A stretch of DNA of 64,000 nt from Antedon mediterranea (lineage: Eukaryota > Animalia > Echinodermata): the NCBI RefSeq assembly GCF_964355755.1, contig NC_092672.1:28898437-28962436 (forward strand), given 5' to 3'. Below the pieces are notes generated by a model. That model was not told the DNA's origin, ran no database searches, and saw only the letters and a program-made list of their open reading frames with translations. Of this stretch, positions 38,358 to 53,370 are shown piece after piece (position 1 is the first letter of the stretch; each line of letters opens with the position of its first letter). The position numbers were made by a program, and so were the translations under genes.

Positions 38358-39046
38358 ACGAGCGACGTGCAAACTCAACACGAGTGTTGTAAACACAATA
38401 CGAGGGATTTCAAATTAACATAGTTATGTCCGTCCTGGCGTGTTATAGTTTACACATACACCTCGAACCACTGTTATGATAACGTACAGGGAACATGCCG
38501 TAGACGCTCTTGCTCTTCCTGATTCCGAAAATACGACCTGAAACTGTCGAAGGTAGCAGAATTCATATTGCAGGAAAATTACCGCTAATCGTTTCAACCG
38601 ACGAACGTTGCGTAAATTAATATTTTTCTAATGACATCGATGACATTATCTTATCATGGAATGCATCAAAGCAGTTGGGATTCCTCTCACCAGTTTACCC
38701 TGAGCCAATATGTCACCAAAACGTTGCATCAGTTGCTAATACTAGTCTGATTGCTGTGCCACGACCAGTTGCTGCGCCACGTTTCAATCTGACTAACTTG
38801 TCCTAGGAATTTCCAGAAGTGTTTGATGGTGTAATTCGCTCGATGCCTGGTGAAGAATTCACAATCAAGATAGCAGATAATGCTAAACAATTCTGTGTTA
38901 GCACCCCACGAAAGATACCATATGCATACCCTGGAAGCAACTTATCTAGCTAGTACTAACCACACCTTGCACAATGACGATCTTGTATTAAGCATAGGCC
39001 TATAGTATTGAATTATAACGCACATCACTATTCGTATTGCATTCAT

Positions 39047-39785
39047 TTTTAGTCGCGTCGGTCGCGTGCAACGCGACTCTACAGCTCACTATGTCGGTCG
39101 GTCGGTCCGTCGGCAAAACACTAACTTGTATATGGCCTTGTCTTGATATCAGTTTCATCTAGCTATGTCAATTTTTCAAAGTATATTCCATATGGCAAGG
39201 ACTCGATGTGATTATGTTTTTCACGGTGCGCAATCAAAAAGTACGCAGTCTACGCACGATTTAACGGAATCACGTTTGTAATCATATCTTCACAAGCATG
39301 AATCACAATTAACTAAAATTTGGTAATCATAAATTTCAGGTCATATTTCATCATAATTATGGCAATACAAGTATGTGCGTAGCGCATATAACGCATGCGT
39401 ACGCGCACTTAAAATTTTCAAAATTGTAAAATTTATTTTCGATGAAATTAGAGTACGTTTCAAAATTTTAAGCGTTTATAAAATTGCAATGAGTGCGCAG
39501 ATTTTTGCACTGCGCGTTAAATGTTAATATGCACTATTTTGCCCGATTTCTGTTTTACAACCTTTCTTTAATAATATTATAATTATTTGATTCACTTTTC
39601 CACTCGAAATTACGTTATACGAGCACGTCAAAAGTGACAGGCAACGCTCGGGTAAATTAAAAAAATTATAAATGTTTTTAAACATTTTCAACATTTTTAA
39701 ACATGTTCAGCAATTTCGATCGGTTGGTTAGTCGGTCGGTTAAACCAACTTAAGCACGCGGCTGCAGCCATCTCTATGGCCTTGT
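39047..39785 (+). mobile_element. Helentron-associated element (duplicated copy of 24490-25227)
   Basis: Lies at the equivalent site in the inverted arm. Confidence 0.7.
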
Positions 39786-41275
39786 TATGTTGTATTTTTA
39801 TGGAGACAACATAAATGAAATGAAATGAAATAAAACATTTCATAAAATTGCGACTCTAACGTCATTAACAAAGTTTCCTGCACATCTACAGGTTAAGGTC
39901 AATGAGCATTGTTTATGTATGTAAGTATGTGGTGGTGGGATTGCAGATGTATAAACTATCTATACACTCAAAACTGATCTCCGGTGTGATGAGTAGGTAT
40001 TATGTTTGCTCATATTGATTGTTATTATTACTAATCACCAGGATGGCAAAGAACATAAATTGTGATAGATGATCCGTTGTTTTCATTGGCAATAATATTA
40101 GATCAATGCCTTTTGATTTTTCTAAAAAATGCTATAAGTATGTCAATCTTTTCAATAGAAAGCGAAAGGGTTACTGGCTTCATACTTTGTAGATCCAGAT
40201 GATATAAATAATCATAAAAGGTTAAGGCATCGTATTGAGTACAGCATTGCCGATGTTGCAATCCCTTGTAGTTCATTGAATTTATAAAAGTCTGCTAAAT
40301 TCCAGTATAGTAACTATAGTACTGAATATATGTCCTCATCTTTATTGTTTATCTGTAGTAAACCACTAATATTAAACAATGTTTCAGATTTCATTTTAAA
40401 TTTAGCTTTTATTTACTTCTTTTCACATACAATTTACTTAAGGACAATTTACTTATTTACGACAAATTGTACCTTCTTCCAGAAATTGTTTTAAAAAAGT
40501 TTAATAATTTTGAAAGCAGAAAAATAATCCTAAATAAGAAAAAAACATGCAAACATTACAACTTGAAAGACAAATGTCCAGGAACAATAAAAGAGTGACC
40601 GTTAGGGATTAAACAAAATTATACACATGACTTTGGGTATGACACACTTTATTTTAAAAAAACAGAGGGAGGATTAGTGTAAATCGGAGCTTGTAATGAA
40701 GTTTAACCACATTGCACAAACATCTTAATCGGATTTTTTTCTCCATTAATCTAATGTTCTCCTGTTTAAGATTATTTAATAAGATATTTATTAGAGTAAT
40801 GCAAGAAGATCAACATACATTTAGTTAATTAGGTCAAGTAAGGTCGTTTTCCCACAGCCATAACAAACATTATTGGTTATTTAATCAGATACCGTAGTTA
40901 ATAAAATAAAAATGTGCGCATGAAAAATAGTTACCGTAACACAAATGCTTCAATTTCCAAATGCAAACATTTGTCCTTCAGGTCAGAAGTTATAAATAAT
41001 CTTATTTAATTTAACTTATAAAGGATTTAAATCAAAAACACGGTCTAAAATTAAGAACAGATCGGGATATTATATATTTCCCAATGATAAACAGCAAAAG
41101 AGCTTTCGAGTAAACATTAACTTCGAATATCATAAAAAGTTTTACAGGAATGAAATGATTTGATAAAGGCTAATTACGGCATTGGAAATGACAATTAATG
41201 TTAATCTACAAATAATGTAAAGTTAATCATTTTTTCAAAAAGAGGATTTAGGTATGACCATCATAAAGTGTTACA

Positions 41276-44110
41276 TTAGCCACATGTGTTTTTAGCATTA
41301 CCCACGTTACAATATTCCCATCTTTTACTACTATCGGTTGTATAACACCATGCAGTGTTTACATTATCGGGGCTTCGACAGTAGTTGTGATTACCTAATC
41401 CAAATGTTGGGTAATTTTCTGGTGTCCTTGTGTGTTTGTGTGGAGACTGCGAGGTCCATTGCTGGCACTTCCTTCCACTCTTTGTGACACTTACAAAGCC
41501 TCGATAGTCTTTTGCATGTCCATTCGTATAGCACTCTGGCGATGAGTAAAAAAGAAAGTCATATAGACTCTGATGATTTACCAATGACAATGATCAAAAT
41601 TAATTGTGTATACATTTAGATAAGCATCATTCGCATATCGGTTAAAAAAAATAAGTTAGCAATTTTAATTTTGTATCAGTATAATTTTTTTTAATGAATT
41701 TACCATAATTGAAGAATAGTGTTTACGAATAATAATTTTTACTTTATTTATTACTAGATCAGTGGTGAATGTATTAGAATAAGAAACAGTGTCTTTGCTT
41801 AGGCTAATGGTTTGCCAAATATCCATGGTTTGATTCGATGCTTAGAATCTCAGTCATCAAAATACAGATTATGTTCTGTTCTTCAGATGATCTTTGCAAA
41901 TAAGCGATTATTTAAATTACTAATATTTACCACAATGATCTCCCGGATTTCCAACATTACAGTATTCCCATGCTGCATTTTGAACATTTGTATAACACCA
42001 GGCTCTACTTTTTAGATTTAGTGGGCTCCTACAGAAGTTGTGATCACCTAAACCGGATGCCCTGTATGTAGTTACTGAGGACCAACGCTGGCAATTCTTT
42101 CTACTGACTGTTACACTTACTGAGCCCCGATAGTCATATGCATTACGCTTCTTATAACATTCTGTATGACGAAAAGAGTAAACCTTTCAATTAGGAAAGA
42201 ATTATTACCTCCGCTAGGGAGGTTATGTAGTCGATATCGTGTGTCTGTTTGTTAGCAGCATTACTAACAAATGTATTGCAAGATCTTTACCAAATTGAAA
42301 ATACAGGTAGATATGTGGTCAAGGACCAGTCCATTACATTTTGGAGGCAAAAAGATCCTCAGATTACATAGGTAAACTTTTCTGAATTCTGGATTCAGGA
42401 TGGATTCAAGTGTAGTTGACATATTATTTAAAAAAATATATATATTTATATATAAATCCAAAGGCAAATTACTGAAAAATGACAATGCTGTGGATATCAG
42501 TGGCTGGATCTCAATGGAGATACAAAAAAAAAAGCGAAAAGTTAAATCAAAACGATAAGTAAAAAAGCCAGAAAGTTATCAGAGCTTTTGGGCAACACTA
42601 TACATTCATCAGTGCAAGTGAAGGGATTTGGATAACGTCAAAGTAAAAAAACTGGCAAGTACATATATAACATATTTACCACAATATGATCCAGCTTTAC
42701 CAACGTTGCAGTATTCCCACCTTTTTTTGGAATCGGTTGTATAACACCAAGCAGTTTTTGAGTTATCTGGGTTTCGGCAGAATGAGTGATCACCTAATCC
42801 GGAAGTTGGGTAATTGTATGGTGTTCTTGTGTGTGATTGTGGATACTGCGAGGTCCATCGTTGACATGTTTTCCCACTTACTGTCTGACTTACGACGCCC
42901 CGATAGTCCACTGCATTTGCTTGATTAAAACATTCTGATGAGTAATTGAGGCATCGTTTTTTAAGTTTTAAATGATAATCAAGCTTCGAATTGAGGGAAA
43001 GTTTAGAACTGATGTATTTGAATGCAATATTGCACTCTACAAAATAAAAACTCTCAACGTCTGACAGGAGAGCCTTCATTGATGTCTAATTACAGTACTA
43101 AGCATTTTTAATATTTTGTCATCGCATCATACAGTCACACATTCATTTTTAAAGAAAATTCGCATTGGGACTATGTTGATTGTATACAGAATGATACAAA
43201 GTCTAATAATATAATATTTAAAAATCAAAGATGAATGGAACACAATGTCAATGTATTAGTAGCAGTAATGCATGTAAGCCTATTTAAGTAGGCATACTAA
43301 ATACCATACCATCTCCCGTTCTTCTTTTCCCGTCGCCATCTAAGTAAAAAAAAAAAATTGTTATAAAATTATTAGTCAAAAAATAATACTTGTTTTATTG
43401 TAGGGTGCTTTTTTTAAAACAATATTTCGTGAGCATCAACCATCCATATACATCTTATCATTAGAAGCTCTCTCTTTCCAAAATGAATAAATAAATAAAT
43501 ACGAACACAAATACATTAGTTAAATAGTGAACTGACTGACTTTATCACAATCATAAAAATAAACATTAAACTATTGGTAACACACATAAAATGACATAAC
43601 ATGACATATTTACCACATTGTTCTCCAGGATAACCAGCATTGCAGTATTCCCACCTTTTTAGCGGATTGGTTGTGTAACACCAGGCAGTTTTTTCGTCAT
43701 CTGGGTTTCGACAGTAGTTGTGATTACCTAATCCAAATGTTGGGTAATTTGCTGGTGTCCTTGTGTGTTTGTGTGGATACTGTGAGGTCCATCGTTGGCA
43801 TTCACTTCCACTGACTGTTACACTTACATAACCTCGATAGTCCTCTGCATTTCCTTTCCTATAGCATTCTGATGATGAAACAAGAAAGATTTTAATGAAC
43901 GCAGAGTTGCATTTTTGTCGGGCAGCTAATACAAATTGATATACGTTAATATGTTACAAAATAATAATGATTTGATTGCGGAGTGTTATTTTTTATTTTG
44001 TGAGGGTCAACATCCATATATAAATATTATGACCAAGTGTGTATTATTCTAGAATTAATTAATAAGTACTGATGACGTACCGGTCCTTCCTACTATTCCT
44101 GTTCCTTCAC
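41276..44110 (-). CDS. Multi-kringle gene 3' exons, open copy (44081-44110, 43614-43868, 43310-43339, 42680-42934, 41931-42161, 41276-41535)
   Basis: Six exons with AG/GT borders, internal exon lengths 30, 255, 30, 255, 231 nt, open frame ending ..NTCG-stop; no start or signal peptide identified. Confidence 0.85.
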
Positions 44111-44929
44111 CTAAAAAAACAAAGAGATAATTGAATAAAAAAGTATAAGATTTAGGTACATATAGCAGGTATATGAAAAACAAAAACAAGCTTAAATTTG
44201 CCAAAATGTTTAAGCATTTCTAGTAAACACACTTTTTAAATAAATCGTTAAAAAAAAATAAAAGTTGTTTTTATTGTTTCGTTTGCCTATCTAGATATTG
44301 AAGTATTCCTTCAAATAACAAACTAATATATTTTGGCATATTTAAGGGTGTCTAGAAAACTCAGATGTCAGATATATCTGAGTTTTCTAGATCTTGAAAA
44401 CTTAGATATCTTACTGTTCTAGATCTAGAAAACTCAGATATCAAGATCTGAGTTTTCTAGTTCCAGAATAGAACTCGTACCCACACCAACTCGTACATAC
44501 CTAATTTTTAAGCCTACATTTTAACGGTAACATGCACTGTATTTTTTTTATGATTTAAGCCGTAGGCCGCTTCTACATGTTACAATATTAGTAAGAAAAC
44601 GTACTCAGTAATCGGTTTTAATAATACTCTAGTATTTCAAATGATTAATAAGGCCAAAAAAAATGATTGTGTTGGCCACGCCCGACCGACCCTAAAATGA
44701 AAGTCGCCTTTTTTTTCTTTTTTTTTTGTGAGCCAAACGGCAATTGTGAAACCAAATGGTGAAAAAATATTGTCTTATTCACCAAATTGGCGAAGTATAT
44801 ATTTCACATCCGCCGGACGTGTACAAAACGAAGCGTGCAGCCAACCGTGAATCAATCACGTGATAACCGGAATACGCGATTATCAATTTTTGGAGGATCC
44901 AAGTTTTAACTAAATGAACACTTTGATTA

Positions 44930-45500
44930 ACACAGTGGTTGAGACACATTTTTAATTCTCTTGTGGGATGGGCTGAGACATGGAAACTTTCTTTAAAAAT
45001 AAGTAAATGTAAATCTTTGTGTATCACTTTGAAAACAAAGCCTATTATAACCAAATATAAGTTGAATGATCAGGAATTAGATTGTGTTAATTTTCTAAGG
45101 GATTTGGGAGTTTTAATTGATAGTAAGTTAAATGTTTGTTTACATGTTAATTATGTTGTATCTAAGGCAAATAGAATGCTGGGTTTGTTATGGAGGAACT
45201 GTAGATTCATAGGCAATTGTGGAGCATTAACATCATTGTACCGTTCAGTCGTGCGCCCCCACCTGGAATACTGTTCAGTCATATTTAATTCAATTTCTTG
45301 TACTCAATCTCGGCGTATTTATAATGTTCAGAACAAATTCATTAGATTCCTTACTCGCACTCGTTTTTTTTCACAACTCATTCAATTCTGTTTATGATTG
45401 TCCTCTTGTTGCTTTGTTTAAGTTGAATATACCAACTCGTACTCGCAGCAAGTGTTTGCTTCACGTTCTTGTGGTCGTGTTGAATGCACAAAACGAGGTA
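44930..45500 (+). mobile_element. CR1/Jockey-group LINE 3' fragment
   Basis: RDLGVLIDSKL, KANRMLGLL, LYRSVVRPHLEYC. Confidence 0.85.
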
Positions 45501-45525
45501 TTTTTCCAATAGGGTTGGTGAAAAC

Positions 45526-45710
45526 TGTCCATAATAGGTTACTTTTCTGTCCATAATAGGTTACTTTCTGTCCATAATAGTGGGCGCTGTTGTTTGTCCA
45601 TAATAGGTAACTTTCATAATTGGCTGTCCAAAATAGGTGACTTTTTGTCCACAATAGAGGATTTTATTGGAGTAGTGCGCCATCCATTGTGTTGTCTAAA
45701 ATAGGTGATT
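45526..45710. repeat. ~20-bp tandem array
   Basis: Repeated TGTCCATAATAGGTNACTTT. Confidence 0.75.
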
Positions 45711-45732
45711 TTGTTGGCGTACTTCGTTTATT

Positions 45733-48700
45733 TCCGTAGGATTTTAATGCCCAAAGTGAGATTTCACTTGATTTCACTTTATTATGGTGCTAGGATACCA
45801 AAAATGCTAGGTAACAAATTTTCACAATCCCGTAACCATGGTAACAGCCCCAAATTCAAAATGGCGACCAAATGACCATATCTCCATAACCCTTTGGTCT
45901 ATTGACAAGATATTGGCATCAAAATACTCGGAATATATATATTTATATTCGTTATAATATAACATTTTTACTAAATTGAACCGGAAATGCTATTTTCTGT
46001 ACTATTGACCCTTGACCTTGACTCGTACTGTATCTTAAAAACGGCTGGTCATAGAAATTTAAAAATGGTCTCAAATTGCTCAGACCTTATATATTTATAT
46101 TTATTGTAACGCAATATTTTGTTAAAAAATGTCCGGAAGCAAAGTTATTGACCTTTGACATAGAGAAAAGCTTACAAGAATTTTTATTCAGCAGTATATG
46201 GTCATATCTCCATAACGCTTTGGTCTATTGACAAGATATTGGCATCAAAATACTCGGAATAAATATATTTATATTCGTTGTAATAGAACATTTTTACTAA
46301 ATGTAACCGGAAATGCTATTTTTCTGCACTATTGACTGACCTTGACTCGAACTGTATCTAAACAAGGCCAACAGCCATTAAGTCGCGTGCTACAATGCAT
46401 AGTGATACCGGACCGACAGACAGACCGACAGACCGACAGACATACCGACAGATAGACAGACCGACAGACCGACCGACCGACATAGTGAACTATACTGACC
46501 GAAATTACTGAACATGTTTAAAAATGTTGAAATGTTTAAAAACATTTATATTTTTTTAATTTACACGTGCGTAGCCTGTCACTTTTGACGTGCTCGTATA
46601 ACGTGATTTCGAGTTGAAAAGTAAGTCAAGAAAACAGAAATCGGGCAAAAAGAGTGCGCAATAACATTTAACGCGCAGTGCGCGCGCAAAAATATGCGCA
46701 CTCATGGCAATTTTGTAAACGCTTAAAATTGCCTGAAACGTACTCTTATTTCATCGAAAATAAATTTTGAAAATTTTAAGCGTGCGTACGCATGCGTTAC
46801 ATGCGCTACGCACGTAATTGTATTGCCATATGATGATTTATGCCCTGAAATTTATGAGTACCAAATTTTATTTAATTGTGATTCATGGTTGTGAAGATAT
46901 GATTACAAACGTGATTTCGTTAAATCGTGCGTAGACCGCGTAATTTTGTATTGCGCACCGTGAAAACATAACCACATCGATTCCTGGCCATAAGGAATAT
47001 ACTGTGAAAAATTGACCTAGCTAGATTAAACTGATATCAAGATAAGGTCAGAAAGCGATAAAACGCATAGTGATATCGGACCAACAGACCGACAGACCGA
47101 CCGACCGATATAGTGAACTATAGAGTCGCTTCCACGCGACTAAAAACGGCTGATTATAGAAATTTAAAAATGGTCTCAAATTGCTCAGACCATACATATT
47201 TATATTGATTTTAATGCAACATTTTGTTAGAAAATGACCGGAAGTAAAGTTATTGACCTTTGACCTAATAAACATGAACTTTATGTATATAAACATTTAT
47301 CTATTTGAGCATGTATGGTCAATTGTTTGTGGTAGGGATTAAAAACATGAGTTTATACATATTATCATCATTCGAATATTTAATTTCTAATCACATTTAG
47401 TTTTTATATATTTTATAAATAGTATATACTTTATAGTGAAAGCACATTTATCTATGTAAACAACTTTGGAAAATAGTAAAAATTACCGCAAAAATTCATT
47501 CATTCACCCACTTCACTAAAATGACGTTGCCAAATTGATTCTTCCTGAACTTTTCCTGAAATGTTAATTGCTATACTTTTTACACTTTGGAGCTCCAAAA
47601 TTGGATTAAAACATCTTTAATTACATCAGTACCATGCATTTATTGTGTCAGTATCATTGTTGCCATTAAGACAGTCAAGGAGTGAGAGTGGTTGATTCTT
47701 CAACTGTTGTACCTTTAATGCTTGTTCTTGAAACATTTTCATATATGGAGGTTTCTCATACATTGAACTGCTGCCGGCCATACATTATTACGTGGTTAGA
47801 CGTTCCTTGGTTTTTCTTCTTAGACGTTTCAAGATATGAGAAGCAATCTTTCAATGCTAACATTGACTGCCATTTTTTGAGTCATATCGCCAAGCCAAGG
47901 TACCAATTTAAGGAGTGAGATTGTTAGAAGTGACCAAGAGGTTTTTGATGTTTACAGCATCTTATGATTTTATCTCCTTCAAGCTACTAAATGTTTTTAG
48001 TTTCATTTTCATTTCAGGTATAGTCCACAACCAGACTTTGGTCACAAACTTCAAAAAGCTTCAACTCCTTTTTTTATTATCTCTGTTTAAGATATATTTC
48101 TTTACTTCTTTTGAAATTATTACTAAGACAAAGTTTAAAAAAGTGTTGATTTTGTTAATTTGATTTGAAATCTTGACGGATTTGTGTGTTTTGTGTTGAA
48201 GAGTGAGTTTGATGGGATATCTAGTTCGATTTCCCCCTCCTAACTAATGCCAACAAGATCACCAACCCATTTTAACTGGTTTTCCTTCTGTTCTAGAGCC
48301 TGCTCCGGGAAAAGAGCACTATTTAAATACAGATTTTTTTTCTTTACATTCAAATTAATTACAATCTTTTATTCACTGTTATTGGGTCATCTACATGTTA
48401 GATGGCAATGTATCAGACGAGCATATAAATGAAAACCAGTCATGGGCAAACAAGTCTGCAAGATACCTTTCTAATATTATAGGTTATAATTACCATCAAA
48501 TCTCACTCTGACATTTACTACTTTTAGCTAAATCAGAAATCTTCAATTAATACGTTTATAGAGGTTAAAAATGGCAATTGAAAACAATATCTGAAAATAT
48601 GAGTTTAGAAAAGAACTGAATGCATAACATAATTATTCTAGTGAACGCCAGGCTAGTGATCTGGAGGTTGTTGGAGTCCCACATTACTTAAGTATTAATG

Positions 48701-49585
48701 ATGTATTCTTAGTAAAAGTGAAAATTACGTCAGAGTAGGGCCAACATATCTGACCAATATTTATCCATCCTTGTAATATAAATAGCTATTCTGTATGTTA
48801 ATGGTGAATAACTTTACTTCTGGTCATTTTCTTACAAAATATTGCATTACAATAAATATAAATATGTATAGTCTGAGCAATTTGAGACCATTTTTAAATT
48901 TCCATGACCAGCCGTTTTTTAGATACAGTGCGAGTCAAGGTGAAGGGTCACTAGTAAAGAAAAATGGCATTTCCGGTTACATTTAGTCAAAATGGTCTAT
49001 TACAACAAATATAAATATATTTATTCCGAGTATTTTGATACCAATATCTTGTCAATAGACCAAAGGGTTTTGAAGATATGACCAGAGACTACGGAATAAA
49101 AATCCTTGTAAGCTATTCTCTATGTCAAAGGTCAATAACTTTGCTTCCGGACATTTTTAAACAAAATATTGCATTACAATAAATATAAATATATAAGGTC
49201 TGAGCAATTTGAGACTATTTTTAAATTTCTATGACCAGCCGTTTTTAAGATACAGTACGTGTCAAGGTCAAGGGTCAATAGTACAGAAAAAAGCATTTCC
49301 GGTTGCATTTAGTAAAAAATGTTCTATTACAACGAATATAAATATATATATATTCCGAGTATTTTGATACTAATATCTTGTCAATAGACCAAAGGGTTAT
49401 GGAGATATGGCCATTTGGTCGCCATTTTGAATTTGGGACTGTTACCATGGTTACGGGATCGTGAAAATGTGTTACCTAGCATTTTTGGTATCCTAGCACT
49501 ATAATAAAGTAAAATCAAGTGAAATCTCACTTTGGGCATTAAAATCCCACGGAACCCCTATTTGCATGCATGAGGAACCTGACTA
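45733..49585. mobile_element. Academ-like non-autonomous element with long TIRs
   Basis: 45733-46360 (continuing at 47145-47280) is the inverted copy of ~48800-49553; right end CCTGACTA; left tip missing. Confidence 0.65.
46361..47146 (-). mobile_element. Helentron-associated element nested in the left TIR
   Basis: Same family as 36695-37157; interrupts the TIR at GTATCTAAA..AAAACGGCTG. Confidence 0.72.
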
Positions 49586-49932
49586 AATAGTTAAATACTA
49601 ATTTGCTTTCTCTTCAGACTTCGAGGCGGCCTAGCTAGGCCTAGGAGGCATAATTAGTATAATTATTTAAGTCTCTGTAGCCTCTAGGGCCTAGTCCTGT
49701 TAGTTAGGCTACCTCAGGCCTACTACTACTAGCCTAGGCCTAGCTAGAGTCCATTTTTGTTATTGTCCACTAATGCAGACGTTCCAACCCTCCCGATTTA
49801 TCCGGGAGTCTCCCGAATTTTAACATCACCTCCCGGTTTCCCGAATTTTAAATATATCTCCCGATTTCACACATTTCTATAAAATTCAGTATTATTGCAT
49901 TAAATTAAAATCTATCTTCCCACGAAAGTTAA

Positions 49933-52900
49933 AGATGTATTGTCCCTCTGAAAAAAATTTTTTTTTCGATATTTTTGTTGAATAGGCCATTTTAATTGCA
50001 CATAAAAGTTATTCACTTTGACCTCAATTTGGATTGAAAAAAATAATTGTTTACACGGGAAAATCGCAATTTAATGCAAAAATTAACCAACCGGAAGCTA
50101 TTTGTCTGGAAGACAAATGTGTTCCGGTTTAATTTAACCCTTGACCTGAGTTAGCTCATAAATATTCATATTGTATGGATACATCGTGTGGATGATGACG
50201 CTTTCCAAATCAACAGCCAACAACAACGATAGCAATGCCATGATGCGTGCGAGAGAGTCGAGTAGTGATGCGAGACGAATCTTGAAGAAAACACGAAAAC
50301 TATAGCTAGCAGAATGCTAAGTTAGAATTACAGTTGGTAACTTTGATGTTGAATCTTATTCATTTAGGTGAGTTTTTGTTTCGCTAACAGGAGAGGCCTA
50401 GCTAGGCCCGAATTTGCTGCTACTGTACTACTACTAGTCTACTACTACTACTACTACTAGCACTGACAGTCTCGAGTAGCCTAACTGCTGCATACTTCTG
50501 TCTCTAGAAGGAATACAGATCACTCCGGCCGCGCTTCACTCCGGCCGCGCTTCAAATCCGGCCGCGATTCATTCCGGCCGCGATTCATTCCGGCCGCAGC
50601 TATGGAGCGCCCAATGAGTCTTTTACAACCGAGACACGTTTTTTGTAGAGAATCAAAATAAACATTTGTAATAATACAGTATATTTTTTCTCTTTCAGGA
50701 TCACAACAACATCGCAAGTGTTTTAAATTAGGTCTAATGCTAGAACAAAATAATTTATGTGTTTTATCCAATGTAATAGGCTAGTATATTAATTGTAATG
50801 TGATTAATTAATGTAATTTATTGCAATGTACCCTATATGTCATATTATTTTTATCATATATAAATTAAAATATAAAATCATTGTAAATTGGACTGTACAA
50901 AAATGATATATTAATTCTTGATACAATTCCAGGTAACATTAATTAGACGGATATTTGATTATTTGAAATAAATTAATTAATATTGTAAATATTGTTATTA
51001 ACTATAATTAGTAAGTATGGGTACTGGCAAGATAAAGTGTTATAAAAATAAGGGTTTTAACTAATTTTTAATGTTAATAAATGTAAAGCTATAAAAATAA
51101 ATGTACATAGAAAGAAATTAAATATTGTTATTCAAGCATTAATTAGACGGGTATTTGATTATTATTTTATTATTGAATTTAATTAAGTTAAGTTTAGTTT
51201 GAAAGAAAAAGCAGTTCCAACTTCTTTGAATGTTATTGTTAATGAAACAAGTAAAATTGTTGCTAATAAATATTCAACTAGTTCCATTTAAATTCACCAA
51301 GAATTTGTTATAACACTGAACAGTATAGAAAACGTAGATATGGGCGCTCCATACTAACGGCCCCTTTGCACAGGAAGTCGAATTGAATAGCGGCCGGAGT
51401 GCATAACATCGCGCTAAACTGATACGGCGGCCGGAGTGAAGCGCGGCCGGAGTGATCGGCTACCTCTAGAAGTAGAGTGTAGTAGGCCTAGGCAGTACAC
51501 TGCTAGCTAGGGCTACAGTAAACCACCACCAGAAGGGATGTATTTTTGTTTTAATCACGATGAATTGGTTTAATTTTTAAAGATTTCAACTATCTATTCG
51601 GCAGTGAAAATTAAAAAAAAAAAAAATCTAAATATTGTTTTGGATGTTTTACTGATGCAATATTTTAAAAATATTTTCTGTATCAAATGCAATAGGTTCA
51701 AATTAACATTCCGCAAATAAACATTTTATGCAGATATTTTGACACAAATTTCTTTTTTTTTTTAGGTTGATTGATTGAACAATAAGAGCAAGTAGTGAGA
51801 AACATAAAATGTATCGTACAGTGGCAACATTCACAATTTATTGAAACGTTTCTTACTATTAAAATGACACTTTGTAATGGATGAGAGCGATCTTAGAAGA
51901 CTATAGCTGTCGTAATTACTGCCACAATCAACACATTGATAATTAGTAGACAAATTGACACAAAAAACAATACAGGAATTCAATAAGATATACTGTATAT
52001 ATATATTTTATTAACTACTTTTGCACTGTAATATTTACAGTAAAATTATGAAGTGTAAGTAAATTTGAAGAATTTATCCTGTGTACTGTTGTAGTAGTTC
52101 TTTTTTATTTATTGAATGTTATGTTTACAAAATAATATACTGTACATAATTATAATACAAAAAAAATTATACAATATTTTACAAGCTGGACAAGAACATA
52201 TTGGCCGAATGCAGCAGGAGAGTCAGAAATATTTTTCCTGCAATATCCAATAATCATATTCCAATACCGAGTCTATCATTGTTGTCTTTGGGTGACCTCT
52301 GTTCCAGTCTTCATCAGCTCAACGTCTTTAAAAAAAGTAAAAGCAAAGTATGAAAATCCGGAAAAAATAGATCATGCATATTTAGTGCAAAATTGGGCTA
52401 GTGAAATTGCTTACTTTGACATAGTCAAATAAGTATACTACCTTTCTATGGTAATTAAAACACATTACTTATAATGTTATAACTTATAAAAATAGAAAAT
52501 AAATATTTGACTTACTACAGTACAGAGAACATTTGTTTGTGTTGTAAAATGGCTAAGCTGGCTTTTCCCCTCTCTGTCTACTTGTACATTGCTGCTGGAA
52601 GGTTCTCAATTTCAGGCTTGTATTGCAACCATTTTCCCTGAAAAATGTTTGTTTTATTTTTATCATAAAAATTAGTTAAACAAGCTTCAACTGTAAATAT
52701 ATATGGTACAGCAAGCTGGCTGTATTTTCGGAATGTAGTTAAGATTGATGGCATATAGCCTAGGCCAGTCTATGAAGAGTACAATGTATAGGGCCTAGCT
52801 GGGCATCTTCTGCAGGGACCCGATTGTCACAGTCTGCTTGCTACTAGCCTAGTAGTAATAATATGCAGCAGCATGTATTAATTATTCTAGGCCTAGCCCT

Positions 52901-53370
52901 GAACTGAAAAAATCCCAGGCTAAGTTAATTAATTTACCTTCCTGTTATTATTGCGTTATATATATTATTATATTTAAAATAACCGTCTAGGCCTACATAC
53001 CGACAAATTAACAGCTCAGCTTTACATATTTATACGATCAGCCATCCCAGGGAAACCCACAGTCGCGTCGATCTCTGGTGGTGTTGTTGTACCATACAAC
53101 GTGCATCGATATCTTAGATCAGATCTCTGCTGTGTGGATGCTCATTAACATATCATGCATATGTATGAGTTAGCTCTACCGGCCTAATTTCTGAGCCGAT
53201 GAGTTCGAAAAAATGGTAAATTTATTTTGATTTTTTTATAAGCGAAATCAATATTTTTTTCGGATTTTTTTTCGGTGGAAGTGAATAACTTTATGTTAAC
53301 TACAAAACGGTCTATTCAAAATTTGATTTTTTTCATCTTTATTTTTCATTTTTTGGGGGACAATACATCT
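49933..53370. mobile_element. Kolobok-like element
   Basis: TTAA|AGATGTATTGTCCC..GGGACAATACATCT|TTAA. Confidence 0.8.
50511..51463. mobile_element. MULE-like MITE with 9-bp TSD
   Basis: TSD CTCTAGAAG; TIRs built of CACTCCGGCCGCGCTT repeats. Confidence 0.8.

Larger units (their letters stand above)
38358..44480 (-). repeat. Right arm of inverted segmental duplication
   Basis: Reverse complement of 15487-25915 lacking the Tx1 and Sola-like insertions. Confidence 0.95.

Noticed and set aside
47682-48432. Short ORFs inside the long-TIR element
   Set aside because: No recognisable domains; low-complexity decayed interior
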